Shown here in pieces: positions 1 to 6,703 of a stretch of DNA of 64,000 nucleotides. How positions within the stretch are numbered: position 1 is the stretch's first letter; every line of letters starts with the position of its first letter. The stretch lies in IMG/VR virus record IMGVR_UViG_3300048839_000489, positions 1 through 64,000 of that record. The stretch is one strand, 5' to 3'. The translations under genes and the position numbers were made by a program. Under the pieces are notes generated by a model. The model was not told where the DNA came from and did not search any database. It was given only the letters and a program-made list of their open reading frames with translations. This stretch comes from a virus.

Positions 1-71
1 TGGAACGTTTATACGGAGTAGTTACTTTTCTTACGTTATCTTTCCGTGACCGCACTTGTGATCCTGCATAG

Positions 72-145
72 AGAGCCTAATGGGAGTCGAACCCATAGTC
101 ACGGTTTTGCAGACCGTAGCCTTTACCCAATTTGGCCATAGGCTC
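72..145 (-). tRNA. tRNA-Cys (anticodon GCA)
   Basis: Hand-folded cloverleaf on minus strand: acceptor GAGCCTA/TAGGCTC, anticodon arm ACGGT-CTGCAAA-ACCGT, T arm ATGGG-TTCGACT-CCCAT. Confidence 0.85.
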
Positions 146-146
146 A

Positions 147-362
147 TTAAGAGTTTGTGTCGCTATCTTCACAGTAGCCTGAGCAATAAACTTTATCCAG
201 TTCTTTGTTTAAAAACCAACCAGCGTATCTCTGTTTATATATGAAATTGTTTATAATCTCCGCTTTGGATGGATTTAACGTAAAGTAATCAGTAAAGTGT
301 ACAACTTCTCTACAGTTAGGATTGTCACACGACACAACAACGTTCATCTGAATTTTTATCAT
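147..362 (-). CDS. hypothetical small Cys-rich protein (possible zinc ribbon)
   Basis: 71-aa ORF; AAGGAG 5 nt upstream of the ATG; paired Cys motifs (CDNPNC ... CSGYC). Confidence 0.55.
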   Translation of the reverse strand: MIKIQMNVVVSCDNPNCREVVHFTDYFTLNPSKAEIINNFIYKQRYAGWFLNKELDKVYCSGYCEDSDTNS

Positions 363-374
363 GAGTGCTCCTTG

Positions 375-455
375 TGCTTCTTGTAGGAATCGAACCTACA
401 TCTTGGTTGTTACATTAGTCATGAATGTTCCAGTTAGGGTACAATTAAGTTGAGC
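375..455 (-). pseudogene. tRNA remnant (anticodon arm, long variable region, T arm, 3' acceptor strand) with no local 5' acceptor partner
   Basis: Minus strand has ACATT-CATGACT-AATGT, GTAGG-TTCGATT-CCTAC and AAGAAGC. The anticodon loop lacks U33, and the only perfect partner GCTTCTT lies at 1021-1027. Confidence 0.4.
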
Positions 456-527
456 TTCTGGAGGGACTTGAACCCTCATTGTCCAATTATGCACATTTAG
501 TTTAGGAAACTAAGCCAATACAGAAGC
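453..527 (-). pseudogene. degenerate tRNA-like element (perfect acceptor and T arm, weak D and anticodon arms; possible GCA anticodon)
   Basis: Acceptor GCTTCTG/CAGAAGC and T arm GAGGG-TTCAAGT-CCCTC are canonical. The central part folds poorly (best anticodon stem has 3 Watson-Crick pairs plus 1 GU). Confidence 0.4.
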
Positions 528-541
528 AATAGGAGACAACA

Positions 542-1021
542 GTGAATAAATGTAAACAATGTAATGCTGATACTACCAATCCCAAGTTTTGTTCTAGAAG
601 ATGCTCTACTATCTTTAGTAACAAGAATTCACCAAGAAGAAAGAGAACTAATAGATGTTCATGTGGAAACTTAATTCTGTCAAACAGGAAAAAGTGTAGT
701 GAATGTATATCTAAAACTAAAAGCGACTATTTGAACATGACATTAGAGGAATACTATAATAGACCTTTTATGATAAATAAACATCCGTCTTGGAGATTTG
801 ACAGAGTTAGACAATTTGCAAAGCAATGGTTTCCAGAGCTCAAGAAAAGGTCGTGCTCACATTGCGGATACTCTAAACACGTTGAGATTTGTCATATAGT
901 GCCCATAAGTAAGTTCGAGAAAAGCGCAAAACTTTCCGAGGTGAATTCAATAAACAATTTGTTAGTTCTTTGCCCTAATTGTCATTGGGAGTTTGACAAC
1001 GGTTTGTGGTTGTTGAGCTAA
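542..1021 (+). CDS. HNH homing endonuclease
   Basis: GTG start with GGAG 7 nt upstream. N-terminal Cys-rich Zn fingers; C-terminal HNH motif (CHIVPISK ... NNLLVLCPNCHWEFDNG). Confidence 0.85.
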   Translation: MNKCKQCNADTTNPKFCSRRCSTIFSNKNSPRRKRTNRCSCGNLILSNRKKCSECISKTKSDYLNMTLEEYYNRPFMINKHPSWRFDRVRQFAKQWFPELKKRSCSHCGYSKHVEICHIVPISKFEKSAKLSEVNSINNLLVLCPNCHWEFDNGLWLLS

Positions 1022-1027
1022 AGAAGC
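1012..1027 (-). pseudogene. isolated tRNA 5' fragment (acceptor strand + TA + start of D arm)
   Basis: Minus strand reads GCTTCTT-TA-GCTCAAC. GCTTCTT is the exact complement of the orphan 3' acceptor strand at 376-382. Confidence 0.4.
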
Positions 1028-1032
1028 AATTG

Positions 1033-1117
1033 AGGAGTGGGAGGGAATCGAACCCCCAATTCTTTTTAGGGAACTACGCTTTTCAAGAGCGTTACACACG
1101 CCAATGTTAGCCACTCC
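1033..1117 (-). tRNA. tRNA-Ser (anticodon TGA), type II with long variable arm
   Basis: Acceptor GGAGTGG/CCACTCC, anticodon arm ACGCT-CTTGAAA-AGCGT, long variable arm, T loop TTCGATT. Confidence 0.85.
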
Positions 1118-1126
1118 AAACTTACT

Positions 1127-1363
1127 CTAAAGAGAGTAAGTAGTTACTACTGGGTTCTGAACAGGGGCACGTACTTGTGATACAGCTGACACAGCCAAAA
1201 CCAAAAATCTATATCCGACGTTCAAAGAAGCCAATCTCTGAGACTCGTGTAAAGCCTCTGCATAACTTCCGTGAATTCTAGGTCTTTTAGACAAGCTAAA
1301 ATTCCCTGACGGATCTACACTAACTACGATAAATTGATGTGAATGAATCTGAGTTCTAAACAT
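1127..1363 (-). CDS. hypothetical protein
   Basis: 78-aa ORF filling the gap between two tRNA genes, co-directional with the array. Confidence 0.5.
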   Translation of the reverse strand: MFRTQIHSHQFIVVSVDPSGNFSLSKRPRIHGSYAEALHESQRLASLNVGYRFLVLAVSAVSQVRAPVQNPVVTTYSL

Positions 1364-1398
1364 TTTTTTTTATCCTTTCTTTTTTTAATTTACTTAGG

Positions 1399-1471
1399 CG
1401 CACCTGGTAGGGCTCGAACCTACGACCACCCGCTTAGAAGGCGGACGCTCTATCCACTGAGCTACAAGTGC
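1399..1471 (-). tRNA. tRNA-Arg (anticodon TCT)
   Basis: Acceptor GCACTTG/CAGGTGC, D arm GCTCAGTGGATAGAGC, anticodon loop CTTCTAA, T arm GTAGG-TTCGAGC-CCTAC. Confidence 0.9.
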
Positions 1472-1480
1472 TCGATTAGT

Positions 1481-1612
1481 TTAGTAAGGAACTCTCATTA
1501 GCAACGATGCTAGAAAAGCTAATGCACCGACAACTACACTTATAAGAAACAGTAAAACAGTTGTAGTAAGCCCCTCATTGCTAAATCCTTGAGATTTGCA
1601 CTTCTTTGTCAT
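1481..1612 (-). CDS. small membrane protein (43 aa)
   Basis: ATG preceded by GGAG; one hydrophobic helix (TTVLLFLISVVVGALAFLASLL). Below the 60-aa cutoff of the ORF track. Confidence 0.4.
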   Translation of the reverse strand: MTKKCKSQGFSNEGLTTTVLLFLISVVVGALAFLASLLMRVPY

Positions 1613-1733
1613 ATTTACGCAACTCCTTTGCTCCATTGAAGTCAGTGCCTTCAGAGATTACTTTAATAACTCTTTTGTACAGACCTGGTTTTTCTTTTAC
1701 CTCTTCATATTCAAATTTCCAAACTTTGTACAT
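1581..1733 (-). CDS. small hypothetical protein (50 aa)
   Basis: ATG preceded by AAAGGAG; overlaps the start of the next small ORF. Confidence 0.4.
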   Translation of the reverse strand: MYKVWKFEYEEVKEKPGLYKRVIKVISEGTDFNGAKELRKYDKEVQISRI

Positions 1734-1774
1734 AGAAACTCCTTTCATTAATCAAAAAGTGTTTATTATTTGTA

Positions 1775-2032
1775 TTAAAAAAACTCGCCATGTTCTAGGA
1801 AGAAATCGTTATTTCGCATACCTTCCATTTCTTTATCCATATACTTAATGAGCTCTTCGTACACAGCTTCCGTCACTTGAAACCACTCAAGATTATCTAA
1901 GCACCAGACTATGTATTTGAAATCATCGTATATGACATCTTCTAGAGAACTACCTTTGTACTTTCCAAAGGTAAATATGTCTTGCATGTCGTATTTCTTT
2001 TTGACTGCATCATCGAAACTAAATTGATTCAT
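1775..2032 (-). CDS. DUF3820-like small protein (FGKYKG motif)
   Basis: The motif FTFGKYKGSSLEDV...YIVWCL resembles the exodeoxyribonuclease X C-terminal / DUF3820 family common in phages. Confidence 0.6.
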   Translation of the reverse strand: MNQFSFDDAVKKKYDMQDIFTFGKYKGSSLEDVIYDDFKYIVWCLDNLEWFQVTEAVYEELIKYMDKEMEGMRNNDFFLEHGEFF

Positions 2033-2049
2033 TATTTAACCTTTCATAG

Positions 2050-2136
2050 CGGAAGATAGAGGAGTCGAACCTCTGCTACCTTTTATAGTAGGCTAGGATT
2101 TAGCAAATCCGCACATTGCCTCTCTGTCAATCTTCC
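2050..2136 (-). tRNA. tRNA-Ser (anticodon GCT), type II
   Basis: Acceptor GGAAGAT/ATCTTCC, anticodon arm GGAT-TTGCTAA-ATCC, long variable arm, T arm AGAGG-TTCGACT-CCTCT. Confidence 0.85.
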
Positions 2137-2369
2137 ATATTTACTTTGTAAGACAGGTTGAGTATAATCCAATCGTCTATACAGTTATGCTCTGTAACCA
2201 TAGGAAGCTTTCCAAGCTCGAACATCTTCTCACTCCAGAACGGATAATACAAACACAATATCTCATTCTCAGTTTGTTCTACATGATGATTTCCATAGTC
2301 TACCCCATCTATCCACAATGGCTCATCATAAGCCCATACTTGATTTGGATTTCCTGTGCATATTTGCAT
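2127..2369 (-). CDS. hypothetical protein
   Basis: The track ORF is 2127-2411. The internal ATG at 2369 has AAGGAG 5 nt upstream and avoids the tRNA remnant. Confidence 0.55.
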   Translation of the reverse strand: MQICTGNPNQVWAYDEPLWIDGVDYGNHHVEQTENEILCLYYPFWSEKMFELGKLPMVTEHNCIDDWIILNLSYKVNMED

Positions 2370-2385
2370 GATACTCCTTACATAG

Positions 2386-2419
2386 CTACCCTCTGAGGAC
2401 TCGAACCTCAAACCTCGAG
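2386..2419 (-). pseudogene. tRNA 3' fragment (T arm + 3' acceptor strand only)
   Basis: Minus strand has TGAGG-TTCGAGT-CCTCA followed by GAGGGTA-G. No D or anticodon arm; it abuts tRNA-Gln. Confidence 0.45.
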
Positions 2420-2492
2420 CTGGTGACGTAGGAATCGAACCTACAGTCTATCGGGTCAGAGCCGATTGCATTTCCTGTTATGCTAGTCACCA
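2420..2492 (-). tRNA. tRNA-Gln (anticodon CTG)
   Basis: Acceptor TGGTGAC/GTCACCA (U1-A72 as in bacterial tRNA-Gln), anticodon arm ATCGG-CTCTGAC-CCGAT, T arm GTAGG-TTCGATT-CCTAC. Confidence 0.85.
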
Positions 2493-2869
2493 ATGATTCT
2501 TGTGCTTCTTGAGCACTTTCTACATAGTTTAACTTCTTTGTGACTCTTGATAGATATTTCATTTCCACAGTTGCTACAGTACTTATGCTTAACTTCTCTT
2601 TTAACATTTCTTCCAGAGAATGTTGCTGTCTGGGAGTTGCAGTTTGGACATAAAAATCTTAGATTCTGTATACTATGGTCATTATTAATTCCATTTATGT
2701 GATCTAAAACAAGCGTCAAGTCGTGCCCGTTCCATAGACCTCCGATACCGCATATACTACACTTATACTCCAGTAAGCCGTTATCTATTATAGCCCTCTT
2801 AGCAGTAATCCTTGGGTATCGTGAGTTCTTCACCAGCACTTCTTTTACGTCTACTGTCTTTTTGAACAA
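2483..2869 (-). CDS. HNH homing endonuclease
   Basis: TTG start with AAAGGA upstream; CSICG Zn motif; HNH core (VLDHINGINNDHSIQNLRFLCPNCN). Confidence 0.85.
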   Translation of the reverse strand: MFKKTVDVKEVLVKNSRYPRITAKRAIIDNGLLEYKCSICGIGGLWNGHDLTLVLDHINGINNDHSIQNLRFLCPNCNSQTATFSGRNVKREVKHKYCSNCGNEISIKSHKEVKLCRKCSRSTRIIGD

Positions 2870-2880
2870 TTTTAATCCTT

Positions 2881-2899
2881 TCGATTGAGCTAGGGGGTA
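2881..2899 (-). pseudogene. isolated tRNA 5' fragment
   Basis: Minus strand reads TACCCCC-TA-GCTCAATCGA. Six of 7 positions pair with the orphan 3' acceptor strand GAGGGTA at 2387-2393. Confidence 0.4.
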
Positions 2900-2904
2900 A
2901 TAGG

Positions 2905-2978
2905 CTCACGAGGAAGGATTTGAACCTTCTGCCTTCCGGTTAACAGCCGGATGCCCATGCCATATGTGCTTCTCGTGA
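2905..2978 (-). tRNA. tRNA-Asn (anticodon GTT)
   Basis: Acceptor TCACGAG/CTCGTGA, anticodon arm TCCGG-CTGTTAA-CCGGA, T arm GAAGG-TTCAAAT-CCTTC. Confidence 0.9.
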
Positions 2979-2987
2979 ATATTAAAA

Positions 2988-3149
2988 TTAAATGTCCCCT
3001 TCCAAAGTCCCCAAATAGTAGCAGGCCAACATCAAATGCTCTGGATTATCTAAATCCAATTTCATACCAAAATAAGTAGAACCTTCTATCCTCTTCCTAA
3101 TTTCTTTTACTACTCTCTTGATTATTTTTTCAGCTTCTTCTTTCTGCAT
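2988..3149 (-). CDS. small hypothetical protein (53 aa)
   Basis: ATG preceded by AAGGAG; sits between tRNA-Asn and the next ORF. Confidence 0.4.
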   Translation of the reverse strand: MQKEEAEKIIKRVVKEIRKRIEGSTYFGMKLDLDNPEHLMLACYYLGTLEGDI

Positions 3150-3188
3150 AGGAACTCCTTTCTACAAACTATCGCTACTTTAGTCATA

Positions 3189-3458
3189 CTAAATAATTAC
3201 ATCGAGATTATATGGCACTGACTTTGTGTAATCTCCTTTATTGTTTATAACAGGATAAATAGAAAAGTCAAGCCCGTCATCGTAAAGAATATGAAAGTCA
3301 TACATTCTATTTTGAAAGGAGTATGAAAACCATTCATCTATATCTTCATACGTGTAAACGTAAGAATCCTTAGATTCAAGGTTTACAATTATGATTTTTC
3401 TTGTGAATGGATTTATGGCCACGTCGAACTCTGCATTTGCGTTATTAAAAAATCTCAT
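3189..3458 (-). CDS. hypothetical protein
   Basis: 89-aa ORF with GAGGAG upstream of the ATG. Confidence 0.6.
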   Translation of the reverse strand: MRFFNNANAEFDVAINPFTRKIIIVNLESKDSYVYTYEDIDEWFSYSFQNRMYDFHILYDDGLDFSIYPVINNKGDYTKSVPYNLDVII

Positions 3459-3472
3459 TTTTTTCTCCTCTT

Positions 3473-3589
3473 CTATGGAAGTTTATAAAGAATGTCCATT
3501 ATAGAAATGACTATAGCTATTAAGCTAACTAAGAGAGCAGAATTTATAACAGCTACAATAAAGCGTCTTGGACGATTTGATTTTGACAT
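3473..3589 (-). CDS. small membrane protein (38 aa)
   Basis: AAAGGAG upstream of the ATG; single TM helix (FIVAVINSALLVSLIAIVISI). Confidence 0.4.
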   Translation of the reverse strand: MSKSNRPRRFIVAVINSALLVSLIAIVISIMDILYKLP

Positions 3590-3607
3590 AGAACTCCTTT
3601 TGTTTTA

Positions 3608-3681
3608 GGTTGGATAACGAGAGTCGAACTCATGTTTTCTGGTTCACAGCCAAACGTAATAACCGCTATACTATACCCAAC
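3608..3681 (-). tRNA. tRNA-His (anticodon GTG)
   Basis: Acceptor GTTGGGT/ATCCAAC with C73 discriminator, anticodon arm TTTGG-CTGTGAA-CCAGA, T loop TTCGACT. Confidence 0.85.
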
Positions 3682-3748
3682 ATGTTAGAAGTGTGCTTAA
3701 TATGTACTAGCTATCTACATAACTCTTCTCGATTTCACACACTTCTAG

Positions 3749-3823
3749 TCCTCTCTAAGGGATTTGAACCCTTGCTCTTCTCCTTGAAAGGGAGACGTGT
3801 TAGACCAGCTGCACTAAGAGAGG
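3749..3823 (-). tRNA. tRNA-Glu (anticodon TTC)
   Basis: Acceptor CCTCTCT/AGAGAGG, anticodon arm TCTCC-CTTTCAA-GGAGA, T arm AAGGG-TTCAAAT-CCCTT. Ends are +/-1 nt. Confidence 0.8.
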
Positions 3824-3921
3824 ATAAGGTAGCGTCATTAAACAACCTCTTCACATCACCATCTTTGAATGCCGTTGCTGTAATGACTATTATAGTTATG
3901 GTGAACTACTACACTACCTAG

Positions 3922-3993
3922 TGCTTCCAAAGGGACTCGAACCCTTGTTCATAGGTTGAGAACCTATTTTCCTAACCTCTAGAAGATGGAAGC
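3922..3993 (-). tRNA. tRNA-Glu (anticodon CTC)
   Basis: Acceptor GCTTCCA/TGGAAGC, Glu-type D loop TCTAGAGGTTAGGA, anticodon arm ATAGG-TTCTCAA-CCTAT, T arm AAGGG-TTCGAGT-CCCTT. Confidence 0.8.
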
Positions 3994-4086
3994 GCATGTT
4001 GGAGAAGCCTCTTAGATGTCTTTCACATACATAACTATAAGGACATGCATATCCAGATAGTGCGGGACGGCAAAGTCTCCAACTAG

Positions 4087-4158
4087 CAGGGACTAAAAGA
4101 ATCGAACTTATATTTCATGGGTCAAAGCCATGCGTAATAGCCATTATACCAAATCCCT
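4087..4158 (-). tRNA. tRNA-Gln (anticodon TTG)
   Basis: Acceptor AGGGATT/AGTCCCT, anticodon arm CATGG-CTTTGAC-CCATG, T loop TTCGATT. Confidence 0.85.
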
Positions 4159-4527
4159 ATTTTCCAAGTACTCATTGTAGTGCAAAATTGAGTGACAGTT
4201 TGCGCACAGTACCTCACATTTTTCCAACTCAAGTTTTATCCTTGTTTCAGATGCCTCTGCCACTACAGCCGTAGCGACATTGAATTTTTTAGAGGTAGTA
4301 TCTTTATGGTGAAGAATCAAACATCTAAAATCATTTACTCCACACATATAGCACCCGCGACTGGACTTGTAGTTATTTATAAAATCCTGCATCGCATGTC
4401 TTTTATTCTTTCTATCCGCTTTTCTACAGTGAAGACACTTTTTTCTTCTGTACGCCTTTCCATTAACTACACCGGCGGTTTGGAATTCAGTATCGAGCCT
4501 ATCTTTTTTGCAATACTTACAGATCAT
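4144..4527 (-). CDS. HNH homing endonuclease
   Basis: N-terminal CxxC pairs (CKYC, CLHC, CYMC) and an HNH core (LILHHKD ... VLCANCHSILH). Confidence 0.8.
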   Translation of the reverse strand: MICKYCKKDRLDTEFQTAGVVNGKAYRRKKCLHCRKADRKNKRHAMQDFINNYKSSRGCYMCGVNDFRCLILHHKDTTSKKFNVATAVVAEASETRIKLELEKCEVLCANCHSILHYNEYLENRDLV

Positions 4528-4536
4528 AAAGCCTTT

Positions 4537-4555
4537 CCATTTGAGCTAGAGGATA
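4537..4555 (-). pseudogene. isolated tRNA 5' fragment
   Basis: Minus strand reads TATCCTC-TA-GCTCAAATGG immediately upstream of the HNH start. No matching 3' half was found. Confidence 0.35.
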
Positions 4556-4565
4556 TTATTTCTAT

Positions 4566-4682
4566 TTATTGATCGGATTCTTCTTGTTCATCGTCGCTAC
4601 TGATTTCTTCGTTAATAGCGTCGATTAGTTCCTGTTCTTCTTCAGGAGTGCCTACGATAATTTCTTCATCATCTGGTTGCAT
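4566..4682 (-). CDS. small highly acidic protein (38 aa)
   Basis: AAGGAG upstream of the ATG; sequence MQPDDEEIIVGTPEEEQELIDAINEEISSDDEQEESDQ. Confidence 0.4.
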   Translation of the reverse strand: MQPDDEEIIVGTPEEEQELIDAINEEISSDDEQEESDQ

Positions 4683-4810
4683 AAAAGTCTCCTTTCTTTG
4701 ATTATAAACTCATCGCTGTAACCGATATTACTAAGGGCATTACAATTAACCCAACGGAATTGAGTAGCCTCGGTAGGTAATTTAACCGCCACCTCATGGT
4801 TGATGAGTAT

Positions 4811-4883
4811 GAGCTCCGTCTGAGAATCGAACTCAGTTCTGATGCTTACAAGGCAACTGCATCGCCAGCAATGCTTACAGAGC
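4811..4883 (-). tRNA. tRNA-Thr (anticodon TGT)
   Basis: Acceptor GCTCTGT/ACGGAGC, D stem GCAT/ATGC, anticodon loop CTTGTAA (one U-U mismatch in the stem), T arm CTGAG-TTCGATT-CTCAG. Confidence 0.8.
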
Positions 4884-4890
4884 TAGCACA

Positions 4891-5188
4891 CTAGAATTTC
4901 TTAGTAGTGCTGAGATAAAGGCTCCAGATGCGATCTCTGTCCTCTTTTGGAAAGTTTACAAGAGCTTTTGAAAGAGCTACTTTTCTTCCAACAGACTTCT
5001 CAAATCTGTCTTGTTTTGAGCAGAAGGCTACCGCCTCTACTAAGACTTCTTCACCCTTTTCTACGATACATCGAGTTACCCCTTTGTACGGGTTTGTAAC
5101 CTCTCTGCCGTTTACAAGTGTAACTGCAAAGCCTTCCTCTTCTCTATCGTGCTTGAAGAAAATATTCAGACCATTAATTTTTTAACAT
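4891..5188 (-). pseudogene. protein-like reading frame lacking an in-frame start; frameshifted gene or recoding site
   Basis: An ATG at 5188 with an AGGTGA RBS opens a 4-codon ORF (ATG TTA AAA AAT TAA). The +1 frame then runs about 96 codons (…VTRCIVEKGEEVLVEAVAFCSKQDRFEKSVGRKVALSKAL…) with no ATG, GTG or TTG. Confidence 0.4.
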
Positions 5189-5213
5189 AGTTATTATATC
5201 ACCTTTCTAGTAA

Positions 5214-5510
5214 TTAAGTTGAAACCGTCTTTCTTTCGTCTATTCCAGAGCCGATTGGAAATCCTTCTACCAAGTCCTTTACTGCCTTAACTATGTCATC
5301 CGATGTAGCTAACTCAGGATTTAAGTTAAGTAGTGGGCAAATGTCTGCTTGAAAGTTCTTCAAGCCCATAAACATAAAATCAGAAAGTTTTTCCATGAAA
5401 TTGAGATATTCTATTACCTCAATATTTGTGAGCACTTTTTCTGTAGAAGTGCCGTCTAAAGTAGTTGACACTACGATAGATCCCTCGCTATTTGTTCTCC
5501 AATTATTCAT
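5214..5510 (-). CDS. hypothetical protein
   Basis: The internal ATG at 5510 has AAGGAG upstream and lies downstream of the predicted leftward transcription start. Confidence 0.55.
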   Translation of the reverse strand: MNNWRTNSEGSIVVSTTLDGTSTEKVLTNIEVIEYLNFMEKLSDFMFMGLKNFQADICPLLNLNPELATSDDIVKAVKDLVEGFPIGSGIDERKTVST

Positions 5511-5530
5511 AAACTCCTTTCCGATTACCC

Positions 5531-5559
5531 TTGACAAAAAGCACAAAATGTGCTATAAT
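5531..5559 (+). promoter_or_regulatory. sigma70-type promoter (rightward), consensus hexamers
   Basis: TTGACA-17 nt-TATAAT. The spacer contains the palindrome GCACA-AAA-TGTGC. It lies about 100 nt upstream of the methyltransferase operon. Confidence 0.7.
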
Positions 5560-5600
5560 AGGGCTAATCAAGTTTATTGCTTCATCAAACTTATACCCCT

Positions 5601-5629
5601 ATTATACACCGTAAAGCTGATGGTGTCAA
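5601..5629 (-). promoter_or_regulatory. sigma70-type promoter (leftward), consensus hexamers
   Basis: Minus strand reads GCCC-TTGACA-17 nt-TATAAT-AGGGG and faces the rightward promoter. Confidence 0.7.
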
Positions 5630-5664
5630 GGGCAGTACATTAGAATAACATTAGAAAAGGAAAA

Positions 5665-6474
5665 ATGTTGATGTCAGATACAAAAGAAGTAGGTTATAAA
5701 CTAAGAACCAAAAAGATAACAACCCCTAAAAAACTACCCACAGAACAACAGGTTAGGGACACATTCCACACACCGAGATACGCAACAAATCTATTATTAC
5801 CTTATATACCAACAGAATATATTTGGGAATGTGCGGCAGGTGCTGGAGATATAACGAGGGCTTTACAGTCTGCAGGTAAAACAGTGTATTCTACCGACCT
5901 ATTGCCTGACGAAAAACGCGGGGTTTTCAAGTCAAATTTCCTAACAGATGAGATTCCTGATGCTATAAATTCATGGGCAAAAGAAGGTAGAAATTTTTCA
6001 ATAATTACAAATCCGCCATTTAGCATTAAAGAGCTCTTCGTTGAACAATGCAGGGAATTGGGAGTTCCTTTTGCCCTGCTAATAAACGCAGACTACTCTC
6101 AGTGGAGTATTGATTTAGTTAGAGACGGATGTGAAAAGATAATTCCAACAAGACGGATTTCATTTATCACTCCTAACATCTTAAGTCGTATACATGAAGG
6201 TCAGGTATGGAAACAGTATTCAAAAGATATGGGGAAAAACCTACAGTATGAATCAGTAGCCGATATCAAAGAGAGAGCTCTTCCTTACTGGGACGAGATT
6301 ATGTCACATTATCATCATGTAGATAATTACAGTTCAGTTAGTGACGTTCCAGGAAAAATACTGAAGAGTTACTCCTCTAGTCAGTTTCACAGCATGTGGC
6401 TAACCTTCGGATTCGGACTTGGAAGATCTGAGACTTTTGTGGAACTTCCTTTATCAGAAATGGAGAACTTTTAG
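5665..6474 (+). CDS. N6-adenine DNA methyltransferase
   Basis: AdoMet motif I (ECAAGAGDI) followed about 60 aa later by catalytic motif IV (NPPF). Confidence 0.8.
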   Translation: MLMSDTKEVGYKLRTKKITTPKKLPTEQQVRDTFHTPRYATNLLLPYIPTEYIWECAAGAGDITRALQSAGKTVYSTDLLPDEKRGVFKSNFLTDEIPDAINSWAKEGRNFSIITNPPFSIKELFVEQCRELGVPFALLINADYSQWSIDLVRDGCEKIIPTRRISFITPNILSRIHEGQVWKQYSKDMGKNLQYESVADIKERALPYWDEIMSHYHHVDNYSSVSDVPGKILKSYSSSQFHSMWLTFGFGLGRSETFVELPLSEMENF

Positions 6475-6475
6475 A

Positions 6476-6703
6476 ATGACAGACGAAGAAGTAGTAAGTA
6501 AAATTACTGACAAAGTAAAAGAATTGCAAGAATTAATTAAGATTGCAGAGAAGCAAAACATAGATGTTGGAATAAGAACTGTGTACTTTCCAGGCACTCT
6601 GGGAAGCAGAGGTTTCAGCAAACTCTATATAACTGCCAATAAGCGTCTTACACCGACAGAAGAAGAGCCGAGCTACTCAATAACGTATACGGGAGCAAAC
6701 TAA
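6476..6703 (+). CDS. hypothetical protein
   Basis: ATG at 6476 just after the upstream stop, with GGAGAA upstream; the track ORF starts earlier, inside the MTase gene. Confidence 0.55.
   Translation: MTDEEVVSKITDKVKELQELIKIAEKQNIDVGIRTVYFPGTLGSRGFSKLYITANKRLTPTEEEPSYSITYTGAN

Noticed and set aside
1606-1848. Plus-strand ORF of 80 aa in the tRNA arm
   Set aside because: The sequence is low-complexity and junk-like. It lies antisense to two minus-strand small ORFs that have strong AAAGGAG sites, and it has no RBS of its own.
3610-3921. Plus-strand 103-aa ORF
   Set aside because: It runs straight through tRNA-His and tRNA-Glu on the opposite strand and is an artefact of the open frame.
3999-4082. 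84-nt segment bounded by a 7-bp inverted repeat (TTGGAGA...TCTCCAA) between two tRNA genes; considered as a cryptic or type II tRNA
   Set aside because: No T-loop (GTTCRA), D arm or anticodon arm could be folded on either strand. It may be a structured spacer, but there is no support for calling it a tRNA.
4192-4572. Plus-strand 126-aa ORF
   Set aside because: It is antisense to the HNH endonuclease gene, which has clear HNH and Zn motifs. It has no motif or RBS of its own.
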